In this document: one piece after another, positions 9,158 to 23,000 of the stretch
How positions within the stretch are numbered: the first letter of the stretch is position 1
Layout: each line of letters opens with the position of its first letter
Source: Candidatus Eiseniibacteriota bacterium
GTDB lineage: Bacteria; Eisenbacteria; RBG-16-71-46
Length of the DNA stretch: 35,491 nucleotides
Reading direction: 5' to 3'
NCBI GenBank assembly: GCA_044222365.1
Contig: JBGANH010000004.1
Coordinates: forward strand, 1-35,491
Position numbers and translations under genes: made by a program
Notes under the pieces: generated by a model
Seen by the model: only the letters and a program-made list of their open reading frames with translations
Told to the model about the DNA's origin: nothing
Database searches by the model: none

Positions 9158-10162
9158 TCAGGCCGTGACGCCCGCCAGCTGCGGCGACACGCGGACGCGC
9201 TTGCGCTTTGCCGCCGAGGGCGCGTTTTCGCGCGGCGGGGTCGCCGCCGAGAGCGTGACCATGAGCGATTTCTGCAGGTGCAGCCGGTTCTCGGCCTCCT
9301 CCAGCACGACGCTCTGCGGTCCGTCGATCACCTCGTCGGTCACTTCCTCGCCGCGGTGCGCGGGCAGGCAGTGCATGAACGAGGCGTCGCTCTTCGCGAA
9401 CGACATGAGTTTCGAGTCCACGGTGAACCCGGCGAACGCGATGCGGCGCCACTGGGCCTCGGCTTCCTGCCCCATGCTCGTCCACGTGTCCGTGTACACG
9501 ACGTCGGTGTCGCGCACCGCTTCCTGCGGGTCGCGCACGCGGCGCACGCGGCCTTCGCTGCGGCGTTCGGCCTCGAGGAACAGTCCGGCGTCGGGCTCGA
9601 AGCCGTCCGGCACCGCCACGCGCAGCGAGAAATCGAAGATCGTCGCCGCCTCGAGCCACGAGTGCAGCACGTTGTTGCCGTCGCCCACCCACGTCACCGT
9701 CATGTCGTCGAGATCGCGGCCCTGGCGCCAGAGCGTGTAGAGGTCGGCGAGGATCTGGCAGGGGTGCGAATGGTCGGTGAGCGCGTTGATCACCGGGATG
9801 TTCGCGTGCTTCGCGAGCCCCTGCACGAGCGTGTGCGAGAACGTGCGCGCCACGATGAGGTCGCACATGCCCGAGAGCACGTGCGCGACGTCGGGCACGC
9901 TCTCGCGGCCGTGCTCGCTCACTTCGACGGCCGTGAGGTCCACGGCGTCGCCGCCCAGTTCGTGCATGCCGACCGTGAACGACACGCGCGTGCGCAGCGA
10001 GGGCTTGTGGAAGACGAGCGCCGCCGTCTTGCCGGCGAGCGGCTTGGGCGCCTTGGGCGTGCCGCGTGCGGCGCGCAGCCGGTCGGCCTGCGCGAACAGC
10101 TCGAGCACCCAGTCCTTCTCGAGGCCGAGGAGCCCGACGAGCGAGCGGGGATTCGTGTCCAT
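9158..10162 (-). CDS. argF: Ornithine carbamoyltransferase
   Basis: ATG 10162 with AAGGAG RBS. KPSLRTRVSF, HPCQILAD, VGDGNNV, DTWTSMGQE, HCLPAHRGEEV, AENRLH. Confidence 0.95.
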   Translation of the reverse strand: MDTNPRSLVGLLGLEKDWVLELFAQADRLRAARGTPKAPKPLAGKTAALVFHKPSLRTRVSFTVGMHELGGDAVDLTAVEVSEHGRESVPDVAHVLSGMCDLIVARTFSHTLVQGLAKHANIPVINALTDHSHPCQILADLYTLWRQGRDLDDMTVTWVGDGNNVLHSWLEAATIFDFSLRVAVPDGFEPDAGLFLEAERRSEGRVRRVRDPQEAVRDTDVVYTDTWTSMGQEAEAQWRRIAFAGFTVDSKLMSFAKSDASFMHCLPAHRGEEVTDEVIDGPQSVVLEEAENRLHLQKSLMVTLSAATPPRENAPSAAKRKRVRVSPQLAGVTA

Positions 10163-10179
10163 GTGCGGAGTCTCCTTCG

Positions 10180-13503
<3,324 letters not shown>

Positions 13504-13507
<4 letters not shown>

Positions 13508-14784
13508 TTGGCTTCTCCCTTGTCGTTCGCCCGCGTCTCGAGAACCGTGAGCGCCGCGTCGAGCCGCGCGAGCGCTTCGGAGAGGTCTTCGTTCGTCACG
13601 TTGAGCGGCGGCAGCAGGCGCACCGCGCGGTCGCCGCCGCGCACGAGCAGCAGGCCCTGTTCGCGCGCTTCCGCCAGCAGGTCGGCCGGACCGAAGCCGG
13701 CGTCCGCCGCCAAATCGACGGCGCGCAGCAGTCCGAGCCCGCGCGCCTCGCGCACCGACTTCGGGTGCTTCGCCGCGATCGCTTCCGCACCCGCGGCGAG
13801 CACCGCGGCCGCTTCGTTCACGCGCGCGAGGAAGCCGGGCGCGGTCACCTGCGCGAGCGACCAGCGCGCCGCGGCGGTCGCGAGCGGATTGCCGCCGAAC
13901 GTGCAGCCGTGCATGCCGGGCGAAAGGCACTGGGCGACCTCGGCGGTCATGAGGATCGCGCCGATGGGCACGCCCGCGCCGAGCGCCTTGCTGAGCACGG
14001 TGAGGTCGGCCTTCACGCCGAACTGCTCCTGCGCGAGCAGCGTCCCGGTGCGGCCCATGCCGGTCTGCACTTCGTCGAAGATCAGCGCCGCGCCGAGCGC
14101 CGTGGCGCGGGCGCGCAACGCCTGCAGGAACTCGCGCGTCGCGGGCACGGCGCCGCTCTCGCCCTGCACGGGTTCGACGACGATCGCGCAGACGTCCTGC
14201 GTGATCGCGTCGGTGAGCGCGCCGAGATCGTTGTAGGGCGCGAAGCGCACGCCGGGGATGAGCGGCTCGAAGGGCGCGCGGTAGGCCGGCGTGTGCGTGG
14301 CCGACAGGGCGAAGCCGGTGCGGCCGTGGAAGCCGCCCATGAACGCGACGATGTCGCGCCCCTTCATGCCGAGCGCCCCGGCGCGGGCGCGCGCGAACTT
14401 GATCGCGGCGTCCATGCCTTCGGTGCCGGAGTTGCAGAAGAACACGCGGTCGTAGCCGGTCGCGTGCGTCAGCTCACGCGCCAGCTCGACGCCGTTCTCG
14501 TTCGTGTAGAGGTTCGAGGTGTGTACGAGCTTCGCGGCCTGCGCGGCGATCGCCTCGGCGAGTCCCGCCGGGGCGTGGCCGTGCGCGTTGACCGCGATCC
14601 CGCTCACGAAGTCGAGGTATTCGCGCCCGTTCACGTCCGTCACGCGCGCGCCCTTGCCGCTCACGAGCTGGAGCCGGGGCAGCGGATACAGCGGCGCGAA
14701 GAGCAGCGGTTCTTCGGTCGCGAAGGCGGCGGACGGGGCAGGCGCCGAGGGCGCCGAGGTTTCCTTCGTCATCACTTCAGCCAT
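13504..14784 (-). CDS. argD: Acetylornithine aminotransferase (class III PLP)
   Basis: ATG 14784 with GGAGG RBS. YLDFVSGIAVN, FCNSGTE, FHGRT, EPVQGE, IFDEVQTGMGRTG, SKALGAG, HGCTFGGNPL. Confidence 0.93.
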
Positions 14785-15622
14785 GGGCGACCTCCGTCGG
14801 TGCGCCGCTCGCCGTGCCGTGCCCGGCTCCGGCATGCAGCAGCGTGCCGTGCGAGCGTTCGAGCAGCAGGGTCTTGAGCGTTTCCGGTCCGCGCCACGCG
14901 GCGATGTGCACGCGCGTGACTCCGGCGCGCACCGCGGCCGCGGCGCCCGCGAGCTTCGGCCGCATGCCGCCCTCGACCTGCGGATGCGCGAGCGTGGCGT
15001 CGAAGTCCTCCGCGGCGATCTCGCTGACGATCTCGCCGTCGAGCTTGAGCCCGGGCGTGTCCGAGAGCAGCGCGAGGTCGCTCGCGTGCACGGCCCAGGC
15101 GAGCGCGGAGGCCGCGTCGTCCGCGTTCACGTTGAGCAGGTCGCCGCCGTCCGTCGCCGCGATGCTCGCGAGCACGGGCGTGCGGCCCTGCGCGAGCAGG
15201 GTGTTGAGGAGCGACGCGTCCACGGCTTCGACCTCGCCGACTTCACCGAGCGTCGCCGATTGCGCGTGGCGCCGGACGCGCAGCGTGCCGCCGTCGAGGG
15301 CCGCGAGGCCCACGGCGTTCACGCCGGCGGCGCGGAGCGCGGCCACGAGGCGCTTGTTCGCCAGTCCGGCGAGCACGGCCGTCGCCACTTCGAGCGTCGC
15401 CGGGTCGGTGACGCGCAGCCCGTTCTCGAAGCGCGAGGCGATGCCGAGCTTGCCGCACCACGCGGTGACTTCCGCGCCGCCGCCGTGCACGACCACCGCC
15501 GGATGCGCGAACGCGGCGAGTGCCGCGGCGAACTCGGCCGGGGCGCCGGGCGCATCGAGCGCGCGGCCGCCGAGCTTGATCACGACGGGGCGGACGGGAA
15601 GCGAGTGCGTGTCCGGCCTCAC
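14777..15622 (-). CDS. argB: Acetylglutamate kinase
   Basis: Probable GTG 15622 overlapping the argC stop. VIKLGG, VVHGGG, GLRVTD, GEVGEV, LNVNAD, LSDTPG, GGMRPKL. Confidence 0.93.
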   Translation of the reverse strand: MRPDTHSLPVRPVVIKLGGRALDAPGAPAEFAAALAAFAHPAVVVHGGGAEVTAWCGKLGIASRFENGLRVTDPATLEVATAVLAGLANKRLVAALRAAGVNAVGLAALDGGTLRVRRHAQSATLGEVGEVEAVDASLLNTLLAQGRTPVLASIAATDGGDLLNVNADDAASALAWAVHASDLALLSDTPGLKLDGEIVSEIAAEDFDATLAHPQVEGGMRPKLAGAAAAVRAGVTRVHIAAWRGPETLKTLLLERSHGTLLHAGAGHGTASGAPTEVAHG

Positions 15623-16689
15623 CACGGGTTGCCGTGGACCGGCAGCGCCCACGCCTCGGGCCACCCGAGCAGCACGTTGAGGTTCTGCAGCGCCTGGCCG
15701 GCCGCACCCTTGACGAGGTTGTCGATCGCGGTGGTCGCGAGCAGCGTGCGGCCGTCGTGCACCGTCGTGACCCTCACGTCGCAGCGGTTCGAGTTGCGCA
15801 CCGCGCGCGTCTCGGGCCACTCGCCCTGCGGCAGCACCCGCACGAACGTCTCGTTCGCGTAGCGCTTCACGTACGCCTCGTGCGCCTCTTCGGGCGACAT
15901 CGCGTGCGCGAGCGACACCGTGGCGGTCAGCAGGATGCCGCGCGCCATGGGCGTGAGCTGGGGCACGAAGGACACGGCCGCGGAGCCGTTCGACAGCTTC
16001 GCGAAGTTGCGCGCCATCTCGGGCACGTGCTGGTGCACTTCGCCCGCCTTGTAGATCGCGGCGCCGCCGTCGAGCTCGACGAACGACGTGCGCAACGCCG
16101 GCTTGCGGCCGGCGCCGGAGACGCCGGAAAGCGCGGTCACGCTGACCGGGCCCGCGAGCCAGCCGGCCTCGAGCGCGGGCAGCAGCGCGAGCGTGGCGGC
16201 GGTCGGATAGCAGCCCGGGTTCGCGATGCGCGTGGCCGTGGCGATCTGGTCACGGAACGCTTCGGGCAGCCCGTAGACGTAGCCGTCCGCGCCGTCGCGG
16301 TAGTCGCTCGAGAGGTCGATCACGCGCGCGAGCTTCGAGATCCACTCGCCGTGCACGGCGCAGTAGTCCTTGAAGGCGCCGTGCGGCAGGCAGGCGACGA
16401 GCGTGTCGAACTGTCCCTCTTCGAACAGCGCGGGCAGCGCGTCCGGGCCGACGGGCGCGGGCAGCGCAGCGGCGCGCGCGTCCACGCCCGGCATGAGTTC
16501 GGCGGCCGGACGGCCGGCGTGCTCGCGCGAGACGAGCGCGGCGATCTGCACCCCGTCGTGCTGGAGGGCGAGGCGGATGAACTCCTGGCCGGAGTACCCG
16601 CTGGCGCCGAGGACGGCCACCCGGGCGACTCGTCGGCCGCGGGCGTCGGTGACGACGGGGGCGGCGGCGGGAATGGCGGGAGCGGTCAC
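15619..16689 (-). CDS. argC: N-acetyl-gamma-glutamyl-phosphate reductase
   Basis: GASGYSG, CLPHG, IDLSSDYR, YGLPE, ANPGCYPT, SGVSGAGR, HQHVPE, IDNLVKGAAGQALQNLN. Confidence 0.96.
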   Translation of the reverse strand: MTAPAIPAAAPVVTDARGRRVARVAVLGASGYSGQEFIRLALQHDGVQIAALVSREHAGRPAAELMPGVDARAAALPAPVGPDALPALFEEGQFDTLVACLPHGAFKDYCAVHGEWISKLARVIDLSSDYRDGADGYVYGLPEAFRDQIATATRIANPGCYPTAATLALLPALEAGWLAGPVSVTALSGVSGAGRKPALRTSFVELDGGAAIYKAGEVHQHVPEMARNFAKLSNGSAAVSFVPQLTPMARGILLTATVSLAHAMSPEEAHEAYVKRYANETFVRVLPQGEWPETRAVRNSNRCDVRVTTVHDGRTLLATTAIDNLVKGAAGQALQNLNVLLGWPEAWALPVHGNPW

Positions 16690-17159
16690 TGGGCACCTCC
16701 TGTGGTCTGGGCGATGGAGTCGAGATGACGCTTGAAACGCCTCGCGGTGGCCACGTCGTGCAGCACGCAGAGCACCGTGTCGTCGCCGGCCACGGAGCCG
16801 ACGAGTCCTTCGAACTCGAGCATGTCGATCGCGCGAGCGACGGCACTGGCGTGGCCCGGCGGGGTCTTCACCACCGCCAGGTTCTGCGCGAGCCGCGTCT
16901 CGTTGACGAACACCTTCAGGTCCAGCATCTGCCGGCTGCGGTCGAGCGATTCGCCCGCCGGTCCCGGCAGTTCGTACCAGGTCGATCCATCCGCGCCCGC
17001 GCGCTTGGCCACTCCCAGGCTGCGCAGGTCGCGCGACAGCGTCGCCTGCGTGACTTCGATGCCGCTGCGGCCGAGCGCCGCGGCCAGTTCGTCCTGGCTC
17101 GAGTAGCGCTTGCCGGCCAGCATCTGCGTGAGAGCGGTGAGCCTGCGGGTGCGTGACAT
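16686..17159 (-). CDS. argR: Arginine repressor
   Basis: ATG 17159 with GGAGG RBS. SQDEL, VTQATLSRDL, VVKTPPG, GSVAGDDT. Confidence 0.96.
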   Translation of the reverse strand: MSRTRRLTALTQMLAGKRYSSQDELAAALGRSGIEVTQATLSRDLRSLGVAKRAGADGSTWYELPGPAGESLDRSRQMLDLKVFVNETRLAQNLAVVKTPPGHASAVARAIDMLEFEGLVGSVAGDDTVLCVLHDVATARRFKRHLDSIAQTTGGAQ

Positions 17160-17181
17160 GAATCGGCGTGCCTCCGGTCCG

Positions 17182-17219
17182 ACTGAATACTTATGCGGGT
17201 GAGTGAATAAACAACCATT
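17182..17219. promoter_or_regulatory. Tandem ARG boxes (ArgR operator) upstream of argR
   Basis: ACTGAATACTTATGCGGG (17182-17199) and AGTGAATAAACAACCATT (17202-17219) resemble nnTGAATwwwwATkCAnn; 20-bp period; AT-rich island in GC-rich DNA. Confidence 0.8.
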
Positions 17220-17256
17220 CCCCCGGGGGCGCAAGCGGTTTGTGGTCCCGGAGCGG

Positions 17257-17294
17257 AAAAAGTCGGGCGGGCGCCCCCCGAGAGGGCGCCCGCC
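17257..17294 (-). terminator. Intrinsic terminator separating the secreted-protein cluster from the arg promoter
   Basis: 11-bp stem GGCGGGCGCCC/GGGCGCCCGCC (17266-17294), followed on the minus strand by CGAC-TTTTT. Confidence 0.7.
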
Positions 17295-17322
17295 GCCGGT
17301 TTCGCGAACAGAAACGGCCGTT

Positions 17323-20014
17323 TCAGCGCACGAGCACCATGCGCCGCGCCTTGCGCCCGCCCTCGAACTCGAGCGACCAGAAGTACGCGCCCGCGTGCAC
17401 GGCGTGGCCCGAGTCGTCGCGGCCGTCCCACCACGTCACGCTGCGGCCCGCGGCCGCGACGCCGTCCACGAGCGTGCGCACGCGCGCGCCGGCGAGGTCG
17501 TACACGGTGAGCCGTGCGTGCCCGGTGCGCGGCACCGACCATGCGATACCCGCGTGCCCGCGCGCCGGATTGGGCGTGCTGGCGCCGAGCGCGAACGCGA
17601 GCGGCCCGTCGCTCACGCCGAGTTCGCCCGCCACCACGGTGATCGCGAAGCAGTCCTGGCCCACGGTCACGCCGCCCGGCCCCGTGACGGTGACGCACAC
17701 ACGGTTCACGCCGGCGGCCGCGGAGTCGGGCACGGCGACCGTCGCCGCGAGCCACGCGGCGCCGGCGGCCGGAACGTTCACGACGGCGTCGGCCGGCAGC
17801 GGCCACGTCCGGTCGCTCGAGAAGTGCGCGGTGTGCGCGCCCGCGAATTGCGTGTTCGCGTTCGCGAGCGACCAGCCGAAGTCGGCCGCTCCGGTCGCGT
17901 TCATGGTCGTGTCGGCCGGGCCGGAGGCGATCGCCGACGTGGTCGCCACCGCCGCCGCGTACACGTCGAGGTTCGCGCCGCGGCCGTCGGCCCACGCCGC
18001 GAGCACGGCCGCGCCGCCCGAGCCGAGCGCGAGGTAGTCCCCCATGTTCGGCGCCATGTTCGTGGCCGCGGTCGTGAAGTTCGTCGCCGTGCCGCTCAGG
18101 CGCGCGTTGGCGGCCCAGCTCGCGCCGCCGTCGGGCGAGCGCGACAGGTAGAGGTTCGCGCGCGAACCGTACGTGTCGTCGCGGAAGTCGTAGGCGAGCG
18201 TGTACGGCAGGCCGTCGCCGCCGACCGCGATCTCGGGCAGGTAGTTGTCGTAGCCGACCGCGTCGTCGTTCACGCGCACGGGCGCGGCCCACGACGAGCC
18301 GTTGTCCGACCACGTCACGAACACGTCGCGCTGGTCGCGGCCGCGCTCGGCGCCGCGCGCCCCGGCCACCGTGCGCACGCGGTATCCCATGCTGCGGTAC
18401 GAAACCGCCGCGACGCGCAGGTAGTAGGTGCCGCTCACCGGTGCGGTGTAGGTCCACATCACGCTGGTGATGGTGGCGGCGGTGCTGTCGGTCTTGCCGC
18501 CGTACGTGAGCATCTGGGCGCCGTCCGGAGCAGGCGCGAACAGTCGCAGCGTGAACGCGCGTGTCGCGGTGAACGAGTCGGCGTACACGATCACGTGCTG
18601 CCCCGCGGTGAGCGGGATCGCGAAGTAGTCCTGGTCGCGCGTGCTCGCGGTGGTCGTGAGCGTGCCGCGCAGCACCTGCCCCAGCGTCGCCGCCGTCGCG
18701 GTCGCGGTGCTGCCGTTGCTCTCGACCTCGGACCTGCCGATGCCCGCGGTGGTCGTGGCCGGGAAGGGATCGTCGAGCCAGTCGTAGCTCTCGTTCCACG
18801 ACAGGTAGACGCGGCCGCGGTGGGCGCCGCGCGTGCGGTCCACGGCGATGCCCGGGAACGTGATCCCGCGGTTGCGGTTGAAGCCGGGTGCGCCGGTGCC
18901 GAAGTTCGAGATCTGGTCCACGCACGTGAGCTCGGCGCCGAAGCTCGCGCCGAAGTCGGCCGAGCGGCGGTAGCGGAAGTGGTCGGTGTCGATCGCCGGG
19001 TTGGTCTCGAGCGCGGACCACACCGCGTGCACTTCGCCGTTCGGACCCACGGCGACGCGCGAACCCTGCACGAGGCCGTTGTCCGCGGCGGACGACAGCA
19101 TCACCGAGGCGCCCCAGGTGCGGCCGCCGTCGGTCGAGCGGTAGAAGTCGATCTGGTCGCCGCTCGTCGTGAACGTCGTGTTGCTCACGTAGAGGTGACC
19201 GGTGAGCGAATCCACCGCGATCCACTGCTTGTCGAGGAACACGCTTGCGCTGGTCGCGATGCGCACCACGAAGGCGCTGTCGAACGCGAACACGTCGTTC
19301 GTGAACCGCCCGCGCGCGACCGCGATCGCGTTGGTCGTGCCGTTCGCACCGCCGGGGCTGGCGAGGCCGCAGTACCAGAAGTCGCCGGTCTTCTCGTTCA
19401 CGGCGAGCACGGGATCGCTCGTCCAGATCCACGACGGATATGCCGCCGGATGCGGCACCGCGCCGCCGTCGGTGAACGACGCGCCGCCGTCGGCGGACCA
19501 GCCGAAGCCCTGGCCTTCGCCGTACGGCACCGAGTTGAAGCCCTGCCCGTCGTTCCACGCGGTGACCACGAAGTTGCCGAGCGCCGCGACCGCGGTCTCG
19601 GACTGCGCCGCGCTCGCGCCGTCACCCGCGGGATCGTTGCACCGCACGTTCGCGGGGATCGCCGCCGCCGCCTGCGCCGAAAGCGGCGGGTTCGCGAGGC
19701 CGAACGGACCGGCGGCGCCGGCGACGGGCAGGTCGTCGGGCAGCACGGGCACGGCGCGCGCACCGGGGCGGAGTCGCGGCGCGGACGCGGCCTTGCCGTG
19801 GCGGCGCACGAGCGCGCGCTCCTGCGCCGCGCGCATCTTGTGCAGCGGCCCGAGGCGCAGCAGCTCGACCTGCATGCGGCGGTACTCGGCGCGGCGGGCG
19901 AGGGATTCGGGATCGGTCGTCGTGCCGGCACGGGCCGGTGTCGAACGGGAGCGCCGCGAAGAGCAGCGCCGCGAACACGAGCCGGGGGCTCGTGGCGATC
20001 GGGCGGAAGTGCAT
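17323..20014 (-). CDS. Secreted sialidase-fold/BNR propeller with inserted PPC-like domain and FlgD-Ig/T9SS-CTD-like tail; apparent frameshift near 19942
   Basis: ATG 20014 (GAGG RBS) gives signal peptide MHFRPIATSPRLVFAALLFAALPF in a different frame from the body (TPARA-GTTTD...). Asp-boxes SADGGASF, STDGGRTW, SPDGGASW; DKQWIAVD; GDY; WDGRDDSG...GAYF tail. Paralog of 23388..26039. Confidence 0.8.
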
Positions 20015-20045
20015 GACCTCGTGAGCTGCAAGGGCGGAGCCAGAA

Positions 20046-20077
20046 GCGGCGCCGGGGACGGAGTGTCCCGGCGCCGC
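20046..20077 (-). terminator. Intergenic hairpin after the M12B gene
   Basis: GCGGCGCCGGG (20046-20056) pairs with CCCGGCGCCGC (20067-20077). Confidence 0.5.
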
Positions 20078-20095
20078 CTCGTGGCAGTCAGTTGC

Positions 20096-23000
20096 CTAGC
20101 GCAGCACCGCGACCTTGGCGGAGCCACCTGTCCCCGGACGTGCAAGACGCACGACGTACATGCCCGGACGCAACGTGGCGCCGTCCGTGCCGGAGCCCGC
20201 TCCCGTGAGTGCGACCGAGTGCACGCCGGCGCCGAGCGCCGACAGGTCGCGCGACGCCACGCGCCGCCCCGCGAGGTCGATCAGCTCGAGCGTCGCGTGC
20301 GCGCCGCCCTGCGGCAGCGCGAACGTCACCGACAGCGAACCGCGTGAGGGATTCGGCCACACGGCCCGCACGCCGAAGCGCGCCGCCGCCTCGCCGTCCA
20401 CCGCGAGCGCCGAGGCCGGCACGATCGTGAAGTCGGCGGCGCTCTGTCCGATCACCTGCTGGCGCGCCGCATCCACCACGCGGACGCGTGCGGTGCTCGT
20501 GCCCGCGCCGGCCACCGTCCACGTCCACTCGGTGCCGGGCACGGAAGAGGCGAGGCGCTGCCACGTCACGCCACCGTCGCGCGAGAGTTCGACGTGCGCG
20601 TGCGTGACGTTCGCCGAGCGCGTCCACGCGATCGTGCGCTGCTGCGTCGCGATCCACGTGTCGCCGCCCGCCGGCGCGGTCACGCCGAGCGACGCCGCCG
20701 AGCCGCAGCCCGCGCGCCAGATCGTCGCGGTGTTCGTGCCGTTGTTGACCACCGCGAGGTCGGCGCCGCCGTCGCCGTCGAAGTCGCCGAGCGCGATCGC
20801 CCACGCCTTCGTGTTCGCGGCCGACGTGACGGCGGCGTTGAACGTGCCGTCGCCCTTGCCCGTGAGCATGCTCATGGTCTTCGCGGTGGTCGAACTGTTC
20901 GCCACCGCGAGGTCCGGCACGCCGTCGCCGTTCCAGTCGGTGACCACGAGGCCGCGCGGGTTCGAGTTCACGCTCACCGACGTGCCGCTCACCGGGAACG
21001 AACCGTTGCCGACGCCGGCCGCGCCGGCGCCGAGGAACATGCTCACGCTGCTCGCGCCCGAGTTCGCGACCGCGAGGTCGGCGATGCCGTCGAGATTGAA
21101 GTCCGCGCTGGCGAGATCCCAGGGCGTGCCGCCGGCGTTGTAGCTGGCCGCGGCGCCGAAGGTGCCGTTCCCCACGCCGAGCGCACCCTGTCCGAGCAGC
21201 ACCTTGAGGCCGCTCGCCGTGGTCGCGAGGTCCCAGATGCCGTCCTCGTTGAAGTCGCCCACGATCACCTGGCGCGTCTGAGCCGACACCGGCACCGTGA
21301 CGGGAGCTTCGAACGTGCCGTCGGGCACGCCCGCGGTCGTGTGGCCGCGCAGCGTGAGCAGGCCGCCCAGGGAACCGGCGACCACGAGATCGTTCGCGCC
21401 GTCCTCGTCGAAGTCGGCGATCGCGATGCCGCTCGGCTGCGCGTTGAGCGGCGTGCGCACGCCCGCGGCGAACGTGCCGTCGCCGTTGCCGCGCAGCAGC
21501 CACAGCGCGCTGTCGGCCTGCGTGCCGACGAGCAGGTCGGGGTGGCCGTCCAGGTCGACGTCGGAGATCGCCACGCACGCGGGCGTACCCGCCGCGGTGT
21601 ACGTGACGCCGGCGGCGAACGTGCCGTTGCCGTTGCCGCGCAGCACGCTCACGGTGGTCGAGCCGTTGTTCGCGACCACGAGATCGGCGTCACCGTCGTG
21701 GTCGAGGTCGGCCGTCGCGGTCGCGATCGGCGCGGAGCCGGTGCTCACGTTGGGCGAGGACGCGAGCGGGCAGAGGTTGAGCTTCACCTCGGCCGAGAAG
21801 CCGGACGAATCTGCGGCGCGCACCGTGCGCACTTTGTAGTAGAACGTGCCCATCTCGGTGTCGTCGAACGTCAGCCCGGTCGTGAAGCCGCGGTACTGCG
21901 GCGCGGCGTCGAGCATCGTGCGGCTGCGCCAGACCGAGTAGCCGGTCACGCCCGTCGAGCCGCCCGCCACCCACGAGACTCGCGCGCCGGTCGGGATCGC
22001 GGCGATGGACGGCGTACGCGGTGGCGCCGGCGCCGGCGTCGTCGCGCATGCGGCCGCGTTGATGCGCTGCCGCATGTAGTCGATGCAGATCGGGTGGAAG
22101 TCGAGACGGATGTTCGTCTGGCCGCCCGTGAGCAGGTGGCAGTAGCTCATGATCGTGCCCTTGTCCGGCGGCACGTGGGGCGTGGGCGTGATGCAGCCTT
22201 CTTCGCTCGTCTGGCACGAGTCGATGAGCGCGTTGGCGGGAAGGTAGCCGAGCGCCTGCCAGTTGCAGCTGTGCGTGTGGTACGAGCCGAAGTTGTGCCC
22301 CAGTTCGTGCGCGACGACCGACGCATCCCAGGTGCTCGTGTTGGTCGGGTAGCTGTAGGCCGCGTCGATCGCGCTCACGCTGTAGCCGAGCGAGCCGCTG
22401 CACAGCGAGTTGAGGTACGCGATGCCGCCGCCGAGCGGCCGCGCCGACAGCAGCGTGGCGAGCGAGCGCGACACGCCGCTGCGATTGGCGATCCAGTAGC
22501 TGCGGAACTCCGGCAGCTGCGCGCTCGTCGTCGCCTGCGTGTACGGGTCCGAGACCGTGGACCAGAAGTTCAGGTACGACACGTTGAGCGTCGCCTCGAG
22601 GTCGCGCTCGTAGATGAGCGACACCACGTTCATGAGCGACACCACGTAGGCGGTGGCGCTCGCGAGGTTCGACGAGAAGGTCGTGTACAGCTCGTAGTCG
22701 CAATCCACCGCGATCGTGAACGCCTTGCGCGGGGCGTCGATCTGCACGCCGTTCGGGGTCGCGGCGCGCGGCAGGCGGGGCTGCGGTCCGGCGGGGTCGA
22801 GCTCGGCTTCCGTGTTCTCGTTCACGCCGCAGGTGAAGGTGCTCGCCGCGGACGCGAGATTCGCGGCCGGTGCGAGCGCGTGCAGCGCACGCCCGCCGGA
22901 CAGCGACGCCGCGACCGGTGCGAGCTGCAACTGTTCGCCGTGCATTTCGATCGCGCCGATCGCGCCGTCGGCGGTGAACGTGAGCGCCGCCCAGCCGTCC

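Noticed and set aside
5832-9866. 1344-aa ORF as a fusion protein
   Set aside because: The N-terminal half is an off-frame read through argF and the HDOD gene; the real gene starts at 7847.
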